The notes: a model not told the origin generated them from the letters alone. A stretch of 64,000 nt of DNA from Lentisphaeria bacterium UBA7640 (GCA_002483765.1 DLIO01000109.1:2455-66454); one strand, 5' to 3'; positions 20,386-30,687 are shown, counted from the stretch's first letter. Program-made: numbers and translations.

Positions 20386-21719
20386 AGTATCTCCTCCAAC
20401 GCTTTGACTAATCCGATAATTTCTACACGAGTGCGTTTTTCAGTCACCGCGATCAAAAGTTGTTTTTCACGCCCCGGATAATGGGTTCCAAGTGGGATTC
20501 CCGCCGCATATCCTCGCTCCAATAACTGCGCAACGACTTCATCAGCAGCAACTGGTAATTCAATGACAAATTCATTAAAGAAAACGCTTTTACCGACGCT
20601 TTTAACTCCGGGTAGCTTAACCAGTAGATCACGAGCGAACAATGCTTTAGCGGCGTTTTGCTCGGCAATCTCAGTTAGGCCTTTTTCCCCAGTTAGAGTC
20701 AGATAAACCACTGCGGTCAATGCGCATAAATTCTCGTTTGAACAGATATTGGACATCGCGCTTTCACGTCGAATATGCTGTTCCCGCGCTTGCAGTGTCA
20801 AAACAAAACCAGATTTTCCATCTTTATCGACGGTGCGACCGACAATACGTCCTGGCAGTTTGCGCATATAATTACTGCTACTAGCTATAAAACCCAAATA
20901 TGGGCCGCCACAGTTTAGCGCCATGCCCAAACACTGCCCTTCACCAATCGCAATATCAAAGCCGATTTCACCAGGAGAACGGAGCAAAGCCAAAGAGGTT
21001 GGATAACATACCGCAATTGAAAGTGCTTTCATTTTTTTAGTCTGTTCAATTAATTGATCCCAGACTTCAACCGTGCCGAGAAAATTAGGATATTGCACAA
21101 TAACAGCGGCGGTTTGGTCATTAATAGCAGCCAGTATCGCTTTTAAATTAGAATCGGTATCGCCAACATTGAGCGGTATTTCAATGATTTCCAACGGCTG
21201 ATTGGCTGCGTAAGATTTCAACATTGTCCGGTAAACCGGAGAAACCGCTTCGGAAATTATAAGCTGTTTTTTGCGGGTGACGCGCATTGCCATCAACGCC
21301 GCCTCGTAAACCGCAGAACCACCATCATAAAGCGAAGCATTAACCACATCCATACCGGTCAAACGTGCCATTGAGCTTTGATATTCGTAAATTGCCTGAA
21401 GCGTACCCTGTGAAGCTTCCGGTTGGTACGGCGTATATGAAGTATAAAACTCTGAACGACTGATCACCGTGTCAACTGCGGACGGAATCAAATGGTCATA
21501 AAAACCACCACCTAAAAAGTTGATAACTCCGGCATTTCGTTGTGATAGCTGTTGAAAATATTCAAGTAGTTCAGCTTCAGACATCCCATTCGGCAATCCC
21601 TCTAAAGCGGGCGCTGGCGAATTGACTTGGGCGGCAGCCCACATCCCGGCAAAGTCGCGGCAACCGATCACCTTGAACATCTCTGCTCGATCTGCATCAG
21701 TATTTGCAATATACGGCAT
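20382..21719 (-). CDS. gcvPA: Glycine dehydrogenase (aminomethyl-transferring) subunit 1
   Basis: 445 aa. N-terminal MPYIANTDADRAEM, then FLGGGFYDHLIPSAVD and YTPYQPEASQGTLQAIYEYQS, typical of a split P-protein. Confidence 0.93.
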   Translation of the reverse strand: MPYIANTDADRAEMFKVIGCRDFAGMWAAAQVNSPAPALEGLPNGMSEAELLEYFQQLSQRNAGVINFLGGGFYDHLIPSAVDTVISRSEFYTSYTPYQPEASQGTLQAIYEYQSSMARLTGMDVVNASLYDGGSAVYEAALMAMRVTRKKQLIISEAVSPVYRTMLKSYAANQPLEIIEIPLNVGDTDSNLKAILAAINDQTAAVIVQYPNFLGTVEVWDQLIEQTKKMKALSIAVCYPTSLALLRSPGEIGFDIAIGEGQCLGMALNCGGPYLGFIASSSNYMRKLPGRIVGRTVDKDGKSGFVLTLQAREQHIRRESAMSNICSNENLCALTAVVYLTLTGEKGLTEIAEQNAAKALFARDLLVKLPGVKSVGKSVFFNEFVIELPVAADEVVAQLLERGYAAGIPLGTHYPGREKQLLIAVTEKRTRVEIIGLVKALEEIL

Positions 21720-21864
21720 CTCTAATCCTCCTATATTTAATCATAATTCAAAACCTAAATAAACAGTTAAAATCAACTCATGTAAATTTTAAAAATACTA
21801 AGCCAACTTTCGCCATATATCGAATAAATCGTACTTTTATCTTAACGACAGCTCATCGAGTATT

Positions 21865-23025
21865 TTAGACATAATAGTAATCCGGCACTTCGAATATGCG
21901 AGCCAAAGGCAAAGTTGCCGCACCCATGGCATCCAAAAGTTCAATTTCCGAGATGTATATCTTAGTATTTTGAGCGCATCCACGCAAACTAGATTCAGTA
22001 ATGCCACGCCGAATCGATTTCAACAGCTCGTCTCCAAACAAAGTGACAACTGACCCGGTAAGAATAATGACGCGCGGCGAGAGGATATTAACCATCGCCG
22101 CCAAGCCGTGACCAATTGCCATTCCAGTACATTCACGTAAACGTTTGAACTCAGCTTGAGAGATTGAGCCAGTTTGGTAGTAATAAAGGCGATCAATGGG
22201 CTTCGGAAGCAATTTGTTGATTTCAAGAAGTAACGCCGTCTCAGAGGTATATGCTTCAAGACAGCCGTGATTCCCACACTGGCAGAGTTTTCCGCCCGGC
22301 GTGATTACTACGTGTCCAATCTCTCCAGCATATTTACCTGCTCCTTTAAACAAGCGACGTTGATAAATTATGCCAGAACCAATACCGCCGGAAACTTCGA
22401 CACAAACAAAATCATCATAATCACGACCACGTCCGAACCATTTTTCTGCCAAGGCAATTGCCGCAGAACCCTCTTCGACATAGAAAGGATGCTTGATAAT
22501 TTCTGCAAATGCCTCACGGTAATTAAGACCACGTATGCCAGGAAGATTGACCGACTCTAACACAATTCCGGATTCAAGATCAATAATGCCTGGCAAACAA
22601 AGGCCAATACCAGAAATTGCGCTATTACCAAAAGTCAACCGCACATAAACATTTTTTATGGCTTCAACAATGGTTTCGCGTGGGGAAAAAATCGGGTATT
22701 CTTCCTCATACGAGGAAACAATGTTGCCGTATAAATCCAGCAAAACTCCACGAGTAAAACGCGGGGCAATATGAATTCCAGCGACATAACTTTCACAAAA
22801 ACGCAACATAGTAAAAGGGCGTCCGGAAACATTTTCCTTACGCCCCGCTTCTTCAATCAATCCTTCCGTCAATAATTCATTGACAAAATTGGTGATGCTC
22901 TTCTTGTCTAAGCCGGTTTTTTGTGCAATTTGGGAACGTGCCACCATCGGATTTCGGCGGATAGTATCGAGAATTTTTGCACGGTTGATCTCTTTGATCA
23001 GTGAATGGTTTTTAAGGTCTTTCAT
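21865..23025 (-). CDS. ROK-family transcriptional regulator (NagC/XylR-like)
   Basis: N-terminal winged-HTH ILDTIRRNPMVARSQIAQKTGLDKKSITNFVNELLTEGLIEE, followed by a ROK sugar-binding domain with GHVVITPGGKLCQCGNHGCLEAY. Confidence 0.85.
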   Translation of the reverse strand: MKDLKNHSLIKEINRAKILDTIRRNPMVARSQIAQKTGLDKKSITNFVNELLTEGLIEEAGRKENVSGRPFTMLRFCESYVAGIHIAPRFTRGVLLDLYGNIVSSYEEEYPIFSPRETIVEAIKNVYVRLTFGNSAISGIGLCLPGIIDLESGIVLESVNLPGIRGLNYREAFAEIIKHPFYVEEGSAAIALAEKWFGRGRDYDDFVCVEVSGGIGSGIIYQRRLFKGAGKYAGEIGHVVITPGGKLCQCGNHGCLEAYTSETALLLEINKLLPKPIDRLYYYQTGSISQAEFKRLRECTGMAIGHGLAAMVNILSPRVIILTGSVVTLFGDELLKSIRRGITESSLRGCAQNTKIYISEIELLDAMGAATLPLARIFEVPDYYYV

Positions 23026-23114
23026 CGGTTCTTAGATAGTTCCCTTTTACTCTTAATAAAGGGGATAATATAGCACAGAGCCGATAAAAGGCTAGGTAAT
23101 TACTCGTCAAATCC

Positions 23115-23921
23115 TCAGTCGATAACCTCGAGCTTGACGTCTTTCAACTGAAGAACATCTGGTGATTTACCAGAATTCCAATTGGCAAGGATAAGGACTT
23201 GAGCATAAGCGGTTCCAGGTGGCCAAGCTTTGTATGCACTGTAACCATATTTGCCGTGTCCTTTGATTGAACCACTAAACTGCTTCCAATCATCTCCAGC
23301 CTTAGTCGCATGACTTCCGCCGGTATACATATAACCGCCACTGTTGTGAAGCCGAATTTTAGTGCCGGCCTTAGCCGCTTTTTTGGCAGGTTTATCCAGC
23401 GTAGCAATCCAAACGTCGCCGTCCTTTTTAACATCCGTGATTTCGTATGCTATATAATTAAAGTTTGGTAGATCACTGTAATCATCTGCAACACCGAGCA
23501 TAATTCTGGAATATTTAGTACGTTTTTCCCATTTCGAAGCATCTTTGACCTTCAACGTGGTGTCAGTCGGTTTAAGTTCCTCGACCAATTCTGTGTCAGT
23601 ACCAGGAATAGCGTTAAAATTCCATGCTGATATATTACGTTTTTTCTCATCAAGGGTTACAAACCCCACATAAGTACGGGTTGCTTCTCCAGCAGTCTGA
23701 CGCAACTCGCCAGAAATTTTATAGGTTTTAGCAGGGTCAACCTCAAAAACAGTCGAAGAGCGCAACTCTGTTCGGCCAGTCATCTCTAGAATATTGCCAT
23801 CTACCGCTTTGACATTTTTGGGATTACCCCATGATTCAGTTGTTTCAAGTTCAATATCCTGTGCATAAAGGGCCCCAGCCGCCAGCATCGCCGACGCGAT
23901 CAACATTTTTCTTGTTAACAT
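23115..23921 (-). CDS. Secreted hypothetical protein (beta-rich, possible carbohydrate-binding fold)
   Basis: Signal peptide MLTRKMLIASAMLAAGALYAQ. 268 aa. No motif I can name. Confidence 0.55.
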   Translation of the reverse strand: MLTRKMLIASAMLAAGALYAQDIELETTESWGNPKNVKAVDGNILEMTGRTELRSSTVFEVDPAKTYKISGELRQTAGEATRTYVGFVTLDEKKRNISAWNFNAIPGTDTELVEELKPTDTTLKVKDASKWEKRTKYSRIMLGVADDYSDLPNFNYIAYEITDVKKDGDVWIATLDKPAKKAAKAGTKIRLHNSGGYMYTGGSHATKAGDDWKQFSGSIKGHGKYGYSAYKAWPPGTAYAQVLILANWNSGKSPDVLQLKDVKLEVID

Positions 23922-24066
23922 AATTCTCTCCAGTTTTTTAAAACCTCTTCACCATGAAAAAGTCATACAATAAGATAACCGTTAACTCCTCAATGTCAAA
24001 AGCACAAAAGCACAAAGAAAAAACAGAAAAACGTGTGGGGAAAATATTGCTATTCGCGATTTTAGG

Positions 24067-24804
24067 TTAATTGATTTTTAATCTTTTTTCTGCCGCTATT
24101 AAGTCTTCTGGAGTGTCGACACCGATGCTATCTAGTTCTGATTCTAAAACATAGATCGCGATACCGTTTTCTAGCGCGCGAAGTTGTTCTAATTTTTCAC
24201 AGGTTTCTAGGATACCCGCAGGCAAACTGACGAAACGTTCCAAGATTGCGCGCCGATAAGCATAGATTCCCCAATGCAGGTATAGTTGAGAGTCCGAGCA
24301 TTGGTCGCGCATAAAGGGAATAGCAGAACGGCTAAAATAGAGTGCCATGTGATTGCCATCGAAAACTACTTTGACTTTATTAGGATCAGCGGCAATTTCT
24401 GCACGCGGACGCGCTACTGCCACGGTTGCCATTGGCGTTTCAGGGCAATTCAGCATTTTATCGACTAATTCGTTAATTACCGAGGTCGGGATCAGCGGTT
24501 CGTCGCCTTGCACGTTGATAATTATTTCGCAGTCTAATTTCTTAATCGCTTCAGCGATACGATCGGTACCTGATTGGTGTTCGGACGAAGTCATCACCGC
24601 CTGCCCGCCGAAACTCTCGACTGTCCGTTTAATACGTTCATCATCAGTCGCCACAATAACTGCATCAACTTTTGAAGCTTTAGCTTTTTCGTAAACCCAT
24701 TGAATCATCGGTTTCCCGGCGAGTAGAGCTAGTGGCTTACCGGGAAAACGCGTACTGGCCATGCGTGCGGGAATTACCGCTATAGTTTTTATTTTATTCT
24801 TCAC
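24067..24804 (-). CDS. kdsB: 3-deoxy-manno-octulosonate cytidylyltransferase (CMP-Kdo synthetase)
   Basis: AVIPARMASTRFPGKPLALLAGKPMIQWVYE, SGTDRIAEA and NVQGDEPLI motifs. 245 aa. Confidence 0.92.
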   Translation of the reverse strand: MKNKIKTIAVIPARMASTRFPGKPLALLAGKPMIQWVYEKAKASKVDAVIVATDDERIKRTVESFGGQAVMTSSEHQSGTDRIAEAIKKLDCEIIINVQGDEPLIPTSVINELVDKMLNCPETPMATVAVARPRAEIAADPNKVKVVFDGNHMALYFSRSAIPFMRDQCSDSQLYLHWGIYAYRRAILERFVSLPAGILETCEKLEQLRALENGIAIYVLESELDSIGVDTPEDLIAAEKRLKIN

Positions 24805-25819
24805 AATCTTGACTAAAACTCTTGATTAATTCATCTTTGGAAACGGTTACGGTTCCAATTTTACCAACCACAATACCGGCGGCAAAATTAGCGATTTGTG
24901 CGGCACTAGCGATATCTGCTCCGGTCGCTAAGGCCAAGGTTGACGCGGCAATAACGGTATCACCTGCGCCAGAAACGTCGAACACTTCTCTTGCCCGAGT
25001 TGGGATTACCGTCATTTTAACGTCGGAATTAAACAACGCCATACCGCGTGCAGCCAGTGAAATAATCAAGTAATCAGGTTCCCAATCGCGCATCAAAATC
25101 TTGGCAACTTGATAAAGTTCGGCGTCATCTTCTGGCGCTAAATCATGTTCATGCTGAACCACACCAGCCATTGCAAACGCCTCGTTGCGGTTTGGTTTCA
25201 TTGCAGTCAAACCTTTTACCGGGCGAATATGGCCAGGTTTAGGATCCAATGTTGTAACGATTCCCGCCGCCCGTGCCAAAGGGATTATCGCTTCTAAAAA
25301 AGACTCGTTCAACACACCTTTGCCGTAATCTTCGAAAACAATTGCATCAACGGCTTTTTGTTCGATTAAATCTACTAAACCATTGAGCATGATGGTGCGA
25401 TGCTCATCGCAAACTATACTAGTATCTTCGTAATCAATACGAAGCAGTTGCTGAGTACCGGCGATTACACGTTGTTTTTCCGTCGTGCGCCGAAGCGGGT
25501 CGCAAATTAACCCAGCGGAATTAATCCCGTGATCAGCAAGTTGGCTACTCAATTCTTTTCCATTTAAGTCGTCACCGACAACTCCGTAAGCATGAACACT
25601 ACCACCAAGCGTAATAACATTGCGCATAACGTTGGCAGCCCCGCCCAAGCAGCTATTTTCTCGCGAAACCCGAATAATTGGAACCGGTGCTTCTGGTGAG
25701 ATGCGAGTTGCATTACCCCAGATATAAACATCGAGCATTAAATCGCCCACGACCGCAACGCGACATCCTTTGAATTTCTCCACAGCTGCGGTCAGGCGTT
25801 CTTTATCAAAACTATTCAT
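24794..25819 (-). CDS. hldA: D-glycero-beta-D-manno-heptose-7-phosphate kinase (RfaE domain I / HldA, PfkB family)
   Basis: VAVVGDLMLDVYIWGNATRISPEAPVPIIRV and the C-terminal PfkB motif DVSGAGDTVIA. Kinase domain only, with no adenylyltransferase domain. Confidence 0.85.
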   Translation of the reverse strand: MNSFDKERLTAAVEKFKGCRVAVVGDLMLDVYIWGNATRISPEAPVPIIRVSRENSCLGGAANVMRNVITLGGSVHAYGVVGDDLNGKELSSQLADHGINSAGLICDPLRRTTEKQRVIAGTQQLLRIDYEDTSIVCDEHRTIMLNGLVDLIEQKAVDAIVFEDYGKGVLNESFLEAIIPLARAAGIVTTLDPKPGHIRPVKGLTAMKPNRNEAFAMAGVVQHEHDLAPEDDAELYQVAKILMRDWEPDYLIISLAARGMALFNSDVKMTVIPTRAREVFDVSGAGDTVIAASTLALATGADIASAAQIANFAAGIVVGKIGTVTVSKDELIKSFSQDCEE

Positions 25820-26304
25820 TCCTTCTCCGTTTTCATTTTTTCATTCATAATTTCCCAGAATTTACTAGCATCGATTTCCAATTGCGTACTAAACGGGACG
25901 GCTTTTTCGGCCCCCAGCTTACTTTGAATCGCTGCTATTTTGCGTAGCTCTTCATCAAATTCGGCAATCTGACGCTTGGTCAATTGTTCATGGTTTTTGC
26001 GCAGGTAAATTGCTTGGTCATCTAGTATATTCAACAGTAGTTTACTTTCTCCAGCGACGCGACGATCTTTAGAACCGGAACCTTTGCGCAAAGAATTACG
26101 CATATTGTCAAACATCGTTGACATATCCTGTCGAGCAACCTGTTTTGCCCAAACGGTTTCATTCTTTACTAAGATTGGGATTGAGGCCGCCACAATAAGT
26201 TCCATTACTACAATAGCAAAAAAGAAAATAATCGCCAACCAAGCAACATGATCACGCTTAAAGCGTGCCGATGCCAATTTAAAATCTTGATCGTTTGTAT
26301 TCAT
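25816..26304 (-). CDS. Hypothetical single-pass membrane protein
   Basis: One TM helix (HVAWLAIIFFFAIVVMELIVAASIPIL) followed by a charged, helical C-terminus. Overlaps hldA by 4 nt and lies 24 nt downstream of the large glucosidase gene. Confidence 0.5.
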   Translation of the reverse strand: MNTNDQDFKLASARFKRDHVAWLAIIFFFAIVVMELIVAASIPILVKNETVWAKQVARQDMSTMFDNMRNSLRKGSGSKDRRVAGESKLLLNILDDQAIYLRKNHEQLTKRQIAEFDEELRKIAAIQSKLGAEKAVPFSTQLEIDASKFWEIMNEKMKTEKE

Positions 26305-26328
26305 CAGTAATCCTTAATAATAGTTAAT

Positions 26329-29300
26329 TTAAAAATATTTACTCTTCGTGATTTTATCCTGCGTCAACAACGCGTAAACACGATACATCTCCGACATGCC
26401 CCAAGCTTGAGCCGCACATCCGCGCCAATGATGAGGAGCATTGCCATCGGTGATCTCTGGCAGCTGTCCGGGAATTCCTGCCCTCATCTGGCTAATGCCG
26501 GATAACAGCAGCGCCAAGGCGCGTTTGCGCGATGAGGGCTCCAACTTGAACATCGCTTCGCAATACGACGGGAAAGGCCAAGTCCACGCAGTGCCATTGT
26601 GATATGCTGGTTTACGTCGGGTATCTTCGTCACCCAAATATTGCCCCCAGTAAGGTAACTTCGAATTGTTCAACTGTTTTCCATGATGGTAGATCGGTTG
26701 AGGAAAACTTACTGGTGCGTCAGCCAAGCTGCGGATCGCGCCTGGTACAATCAGACATTCAGAGGAACGCACCACCGCAATCTCGACTTCGCGACTACGT
26801 AAAGCGTTCAAGGTAACAGCAAACAATTGATTAGAACGGCAAGCGTCATCAGGCCGTGCCTGTTTGGCGCTTTCACCCGATCGGGCGTGCAAACAATCAC
26901 TCAGATGCCGCTGTCCTGGTTGAATATAGTATTTTTCGATAGAATCAAGCACTTGCTCACGAAGCTTTTCCCACTCTTTGCTTCTTGGCTCACATTCAGC
27001 CATAAAACCTAGTGCCGCCGCCCATAATGCTTGAATTTCAATAGGATACCCTTCGCGCGGGGTGGACGCTGGGTAATTAGTATCCATCCAGGTAAAATGT
27101 GATGGACTGAAAATTAATCCGGATTCGGCATCCATCTTAATGCCGTTCTCAGTGCCTTTGCGATAATGTTCAATGATCGAGCGTAACGTTTCGAGCAGGG
27201 TTCGGCCATTACAATCCATGCTAAGAATATCGTTGTTTCCTGCATTTACGGTATAATCTTTCACCGCGGTAAAAAGCCACAACGGCGCGTCGCTAGTGTC
27301 ACGATTTGAGACATCTTTGCCATGAATAATATTCGGCAGAGTGCCATTATGTTCAAATTGCGCAAATTGATGAATAATCTCCCGGCTCTCATCGACGAAT
27401 CCGCACGGAATTAGCCCGCGCAAACAAATCAAAGTATCACGCCCCCAATCCAAGAACCACGGATAGCCAGCAATTACGGTATTCCACGCATCACGTTTAA
27501 CCACAAAATGGCGTAGCGCGTAACGCATTGCCACTTCTAATGGTAACTCTTCTGGCATCTTACGCACCATCGGATTTTCAACTGGTTTTGCACCGTTAAC
27601 CGTAGCATGAAGCACGCTGTGTTCATTGCCTTTTAATTCAAATTGAAAATATCCAGGGCTGAACAGATCGTTATGCGCATCAAGTCCACGCTCTTGCTCC
27701 AGCGGCAAAGGAATCATATATTGCCATTCCGGTTGACTGTGGAATTTACTTTTTTCCATAGTCAATTCCAAACGATGTCCCTTACCGGGGTCAAAAACAA
27801 ACCCATTCGCTTTAAGATTCACCGCTTTCGGAAAATTAACTTCGGGGCCGGCAAACGCTCTCGTCACTTCATGAACAGAGCGATCTTCAATATCTGGGCG
27901 CATAATAATTGTCACCGGAGCGAGATCATCAAGACAATCTGCTACTCCACAACCATTAAGCCGTTCAAATGCCAAGGCAATTGCGTTAGAATCCTCAGAC
28001 ATTCGCAACGTCAACTTCAGCATTATCGTCTTCCCTTGCCCAGCAACGACGGAAAAATCCCAAGCGACAATATTATTATGGCCAGAAACAAATTCCGATT
28101 GACAAGCCAGATTCAATTCTTGTGAATAGCCATGATAAACCACCCAAGCTCGGCATCGAGTCAACATCACCGTTGAGTCTATCGGATAGTCTGGATTGCA
28201 GTTAGCGGCCAAAAATGCATCATATTTACCACGTATTTGCCCCCAACAGCCTGAAACTAAACTATACCCGCTCAAATTCGTCGTGCACAAGCCAAAATAA
28301 TCGTCCTTGCTCAATTCGTGCTGCGGGATGGCAACCTGACAGGAGGCGTGCTCGTTGCCAATCAACAACATAACTTTACCAACAGAGTGAACGGCCTTAT
28401 TTTGGGCATAGGTAAAGGTGGTCAACTTTAAATCTAACACAATCGGGTGGGCATTGTTCTTGAGGCTGGTAATAACGGCGTAAAAACGACCATCTTTCAA
28501 TGGTAAAGCAACTGCGCGTGCGACAGTGGTGTCGCCATTTTTCAATTCAACTCTGAAAAAAGTGTGAGAGAAAACCATCAATACAGTTTTTTCCGGCAAC
28601 ATTACAATACGATTTTGATCAACGCCGTCATGCCATTCAGTAACGCCAGGAAAATCGCTACCTTGGATTTCAACACAAGCACGATATGGATCTTCACTCA
28701 AAACCTCATCAAACTTATCGAGATTAAGCGTCTTAAGATCACCATAACCGTTAAAAAATGTAATTAGTTCAACTGCCAGTGCACGCCGCTTTTGACGCAA
28801 AATTCTATTGGGAAATAACCAGAGCAGTTTCAATGCCTTTTGCAATTTAGTGTAATAGATATGGTCAGCAGCCAAACAGCGCGTTTCACCGGGTTTCATC
28901 AAATATCCTGCACTATCCAAATTGAATTGTTCGCCACTAAGTAGATCAATTAAACCAGATGACGGGAATCGGTTGGCATCCCATTTTATCTGTTGCTCAT
29001 TGACATCGTCAAGATTTACCAGTACAAGCACCGTGGTTTCATCATTCTCAGACACCCGTTTTAACGCTAATGTGTTGCCACCTTTTTCGTGAATCATCAT
29101 CAATTTAGCACCAACTGAAAATGCCGGATGGATCGACAGCAAGGTTTGCAATAACCTAATCTCGTCGACTTGATTGTCGGACGCACCCCAGTTCAGCGAC
29201 CCTGAACCGTGAACTTTAATCCGCTCAGTCGCCAGCCATTCCACTCCATTGGTGATTCCGAACGAGCCACCGACTGACAGTAACGCACTCATTGCTGTAC

Positions 29301-30603
29301 GCATTCTTGCATAAGTTTTAGACTTCGCCGCCAAGCGTTCATTATCATGCGTTTCTGCAAAATGGGTTTGTAAGCCTTTGCTGTTGCTGATGGGATAACA
29401 CCAGCCTTCGAGATAAAGCGTAACTTGATCGCGGTTATAGTTTTGGAAAAGTTCTGAATATGCCCAACTCAAACCGCCCTCACCTAATAGCCGTTCCACG
29501 ATCGACAATGCTCCACCAAGCCCTTCAAGCAGGAAAACGGTATCGGGGTATTCATGGCGAACTTTAGCGGTAATATAAATCCACGCTTCAAAAGGGATCA
29601 TGTAGCCGGCGTCACAACGGAAACCATCAACCCCTTTTCGACACCAAAACAAAAATACTTTGGCCATTAAATGATGCACTTCAGGAAGACGATAATCCAA
29701 TTTAGACAAATCTCGCCAAATCGTTCCCCAAGCGCCTGGACTTTCAAAAGTTCCATCGTCTTGACGTACGTACCAGTCTGGATGTTCATCGTGCAGCCGC
29801 GACGCCCAACCGGTGTGATTGACTGGAATGTCAAGAAACAACCGCGCGCCACGCGCATGGACTGCGTCAATTAATTCCATAAATTGTTCCATTGGCGTCG
29901 CTTTGATATCGAACTCCGCCAAGGCTGGCTCGACTGAAAAATAATCACGCGAAGCAAATGGACTGCCATAACGCCCCATCCGACCATAGGAGATAGGTAA
30001 TGGGTGAATCGGCAATAATTGAACGATTCTACTCCGCAGTGTGCCAACAATAAAGTCAAGTTGTTTAATAACATCGCGAAAAGTCCCAGACGGTGGAATT
30101 ACAGTATACCCCTGAGCATCGAGTTCCTTAAGCTTTTCTTCTGAAGCAGCATCGTGATTAGGTTTCATATCTTTGCTGAATTGCCGTGGAAATAACGAAT
30201 AAATGGTATTGGCGCAGCAATTTTCTGCTGGTTCAACTTTAACTATAGTATTGCCTGCACCTTCAGCCCATTGCGGCTCGGTAGTTCCAGAAACCTTGAA
30301 CCAGCATTTAGACTCAAAACAGCCCACTTCGAACAGCGCTAAACGTATTTCATACATGGTGTCTGAAATTTTGCGCATCGGCAAATCGTGCCAGGAGCGA
30401 CCAAGCACCGGTTTCTCGCGTTCGGTGAAATTAATACGTTCAACGCACTGAATATCCGCCCTGCCCAGTTCTGTCCGCAAAAAAGCTTCGCCTGTTTTTG
30501 ATTCTTTCAAAATCAATTGAAAGGTTACAGTGTCGCCACGGTGGTACATCAGCCGTGCGGATGACGCAGGTATTTGGGTTATCACGGTTGCTTTGCGCTC
30601 CAT
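26329..30603 (-). CDS. Fusion protein: GH13 alpha-amylase-family catalytic domain plus C-terminal amylo-alpha-1,6-glucosidase (GDE_C / GH133-like); putative bifunctional glycogen debranching enzyme
   Basis: 1424 aa. GH13 regions I-IV can be read as DIPVNHTG, GFRCDAGYM, FLLEGLGG and FAETHDN. The C-terminal (alpha/alpha)6-type domain carries GYPWFLDWGRDTLICLRG, YPIEIQALW, AYHNGTAWTWPF and CAAQAWGMSE. Confidence 0.8.
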   Translation of the reverse strand: MERKATVITQIPASSARLMYHRGDTVTFQLILKESKTGEAFLRTELGRADIQCVERINFTEREKPVLGRSWHDLPMRKISDTMYEIRLALFEVGCFESKCWFKVSGTTEPQWAEGAGNTIVKVEPAENCCANTIYSLFPRQFSKDMKPNHDAASEEKLKELDAQGYTVIPPSGTFRDVIKQLDFIVGTLRSRIVQLLPIHPLPISYGRMGRYGSPFASRDYFSVEPALAEFDIKATPMEQFMELIDAVHARGARLFLDIPVNHTGWASRLHDEHPDWYVRQDDGTFESPGAWGTIWRDLSKLDYRLPEVHHLMAKVFLFWCRKGVDGFRCDAGYMIPFEAWIYITAKVRHEYPDTVFLLEGLGGALSIVERLLGEGGLSWAYSELFQNYNRDQVTLYLEGWCYPISNSKGLQTHFAETHDNERLAAKSKTYARMRTAMSALLSVGGSFGITNGVEWLATERIKVHGSGSLNWGASDNQVDEIRLLQTLLSIHPAFSVGAKLMMIHEKGGNTLALKRVSENDETTVLVLVNLDDVNEQQIKWDANRFPSSGLIDLLSGEQFNLDSAGYLMKPGETRCLAADHIYYTKLQKALKLLWLFPNRILRQKRRALAVELITFFNGYGDLKTLNLDKFDEVLSEDPYRACVEIQGSDFPGVTEWHDGVDQNRIVMLPEKTVLMVFSHTFFRVELKNGDTTVARAVALPLKDGRFYAVITSLKNNAHPIVLDLKLTTFTYAQNKAVHSVGKVMLLIGNEHASCQVAIPQHELSKDDYFGLCTTNLSGYSLVSGCWGQIRGKYDAFLAANCNPDYPIDSTVMLTRCRAWVVYHGYSQELNLACQSEFVSGHNNIVAWDFSVVAGQGKTIMLKLTLRMSEDSNAIALAFERLNGCGVADCLDDLAPVTIIMRPDIEDRSVHEVTRAFAGPEVNFPKAVNLKANGFVFDPGKGHRLELTMEKSKFHSQPEWQYMIPLPLEQERGLDAHNDLFSPGYFQFELKGNEHSVLHATVNGAKPVENPMVRKMPEELPLEVAMRYALRHFVVKRDAWNTVIAGYPWFLDWGRDTLICLRGLIPCGFVDESREIIHQFAQFEHNGTLPNIIHGKDVSNRDTSDAPLWLFTAVKDYTVNAGNNDILSMDCNGRTLLETLRSIIEHYRKGTENGIKMDAESGLIFSPSHFTWMDTNYPASTPREGYPIEIQALWAAALGFMAECEPRSKEWEKLREQVLDSIEKYYIQPGQRHLSDCLHARSGESAKQARPDDACRSNQLFAVTLNALRSREVEIAVVRSSECLIVPGAIRSLADAPVSFPQPIYHHGKQLNNSKLPYWGQYLGDEDTRRKPAYHNGTAWTWPFPSYCEAMFKLEPSSRKRALALLLSGISQMRAGIPGQLPEITDGNAPHHWRGCAAQAWGMSEMYRVYALLTQDKITKSKYF

Positions 30604-30646
30604 CTAAAGTTATTGAAATTACTCCTGCAATATACATCTCCAGCAT

Positions 30647-30676
30647 AAAAAAAAAAGCCTTAAACCTTGGGTAGGC
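30647..30676 (-). terminator. Possible weak intrinsic terminator downstream of the AraC-family gene
   Basis: On the minus strand: gcctacccaaggtttaaggc followed by T10. The stem is only about 4 bp, so this is weak. Confidence 0.3.
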
Positions 30677-30687
30677 ATTAAATCACT

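Noticed and set aside
21720-21864. Possible glycine riboswitch upstream of gcvPA
   Set aside because: The 145-nt leader region is almost entirely A/T. It lacks the conserved GGAGAG...CACCG-type aptamer cores and any GC-rich helices.
27643-28125. 160-aa plus-strand ORF inside the glucosidase fusion gene
   Set aside because: Antisense shadow with no supporting signals.
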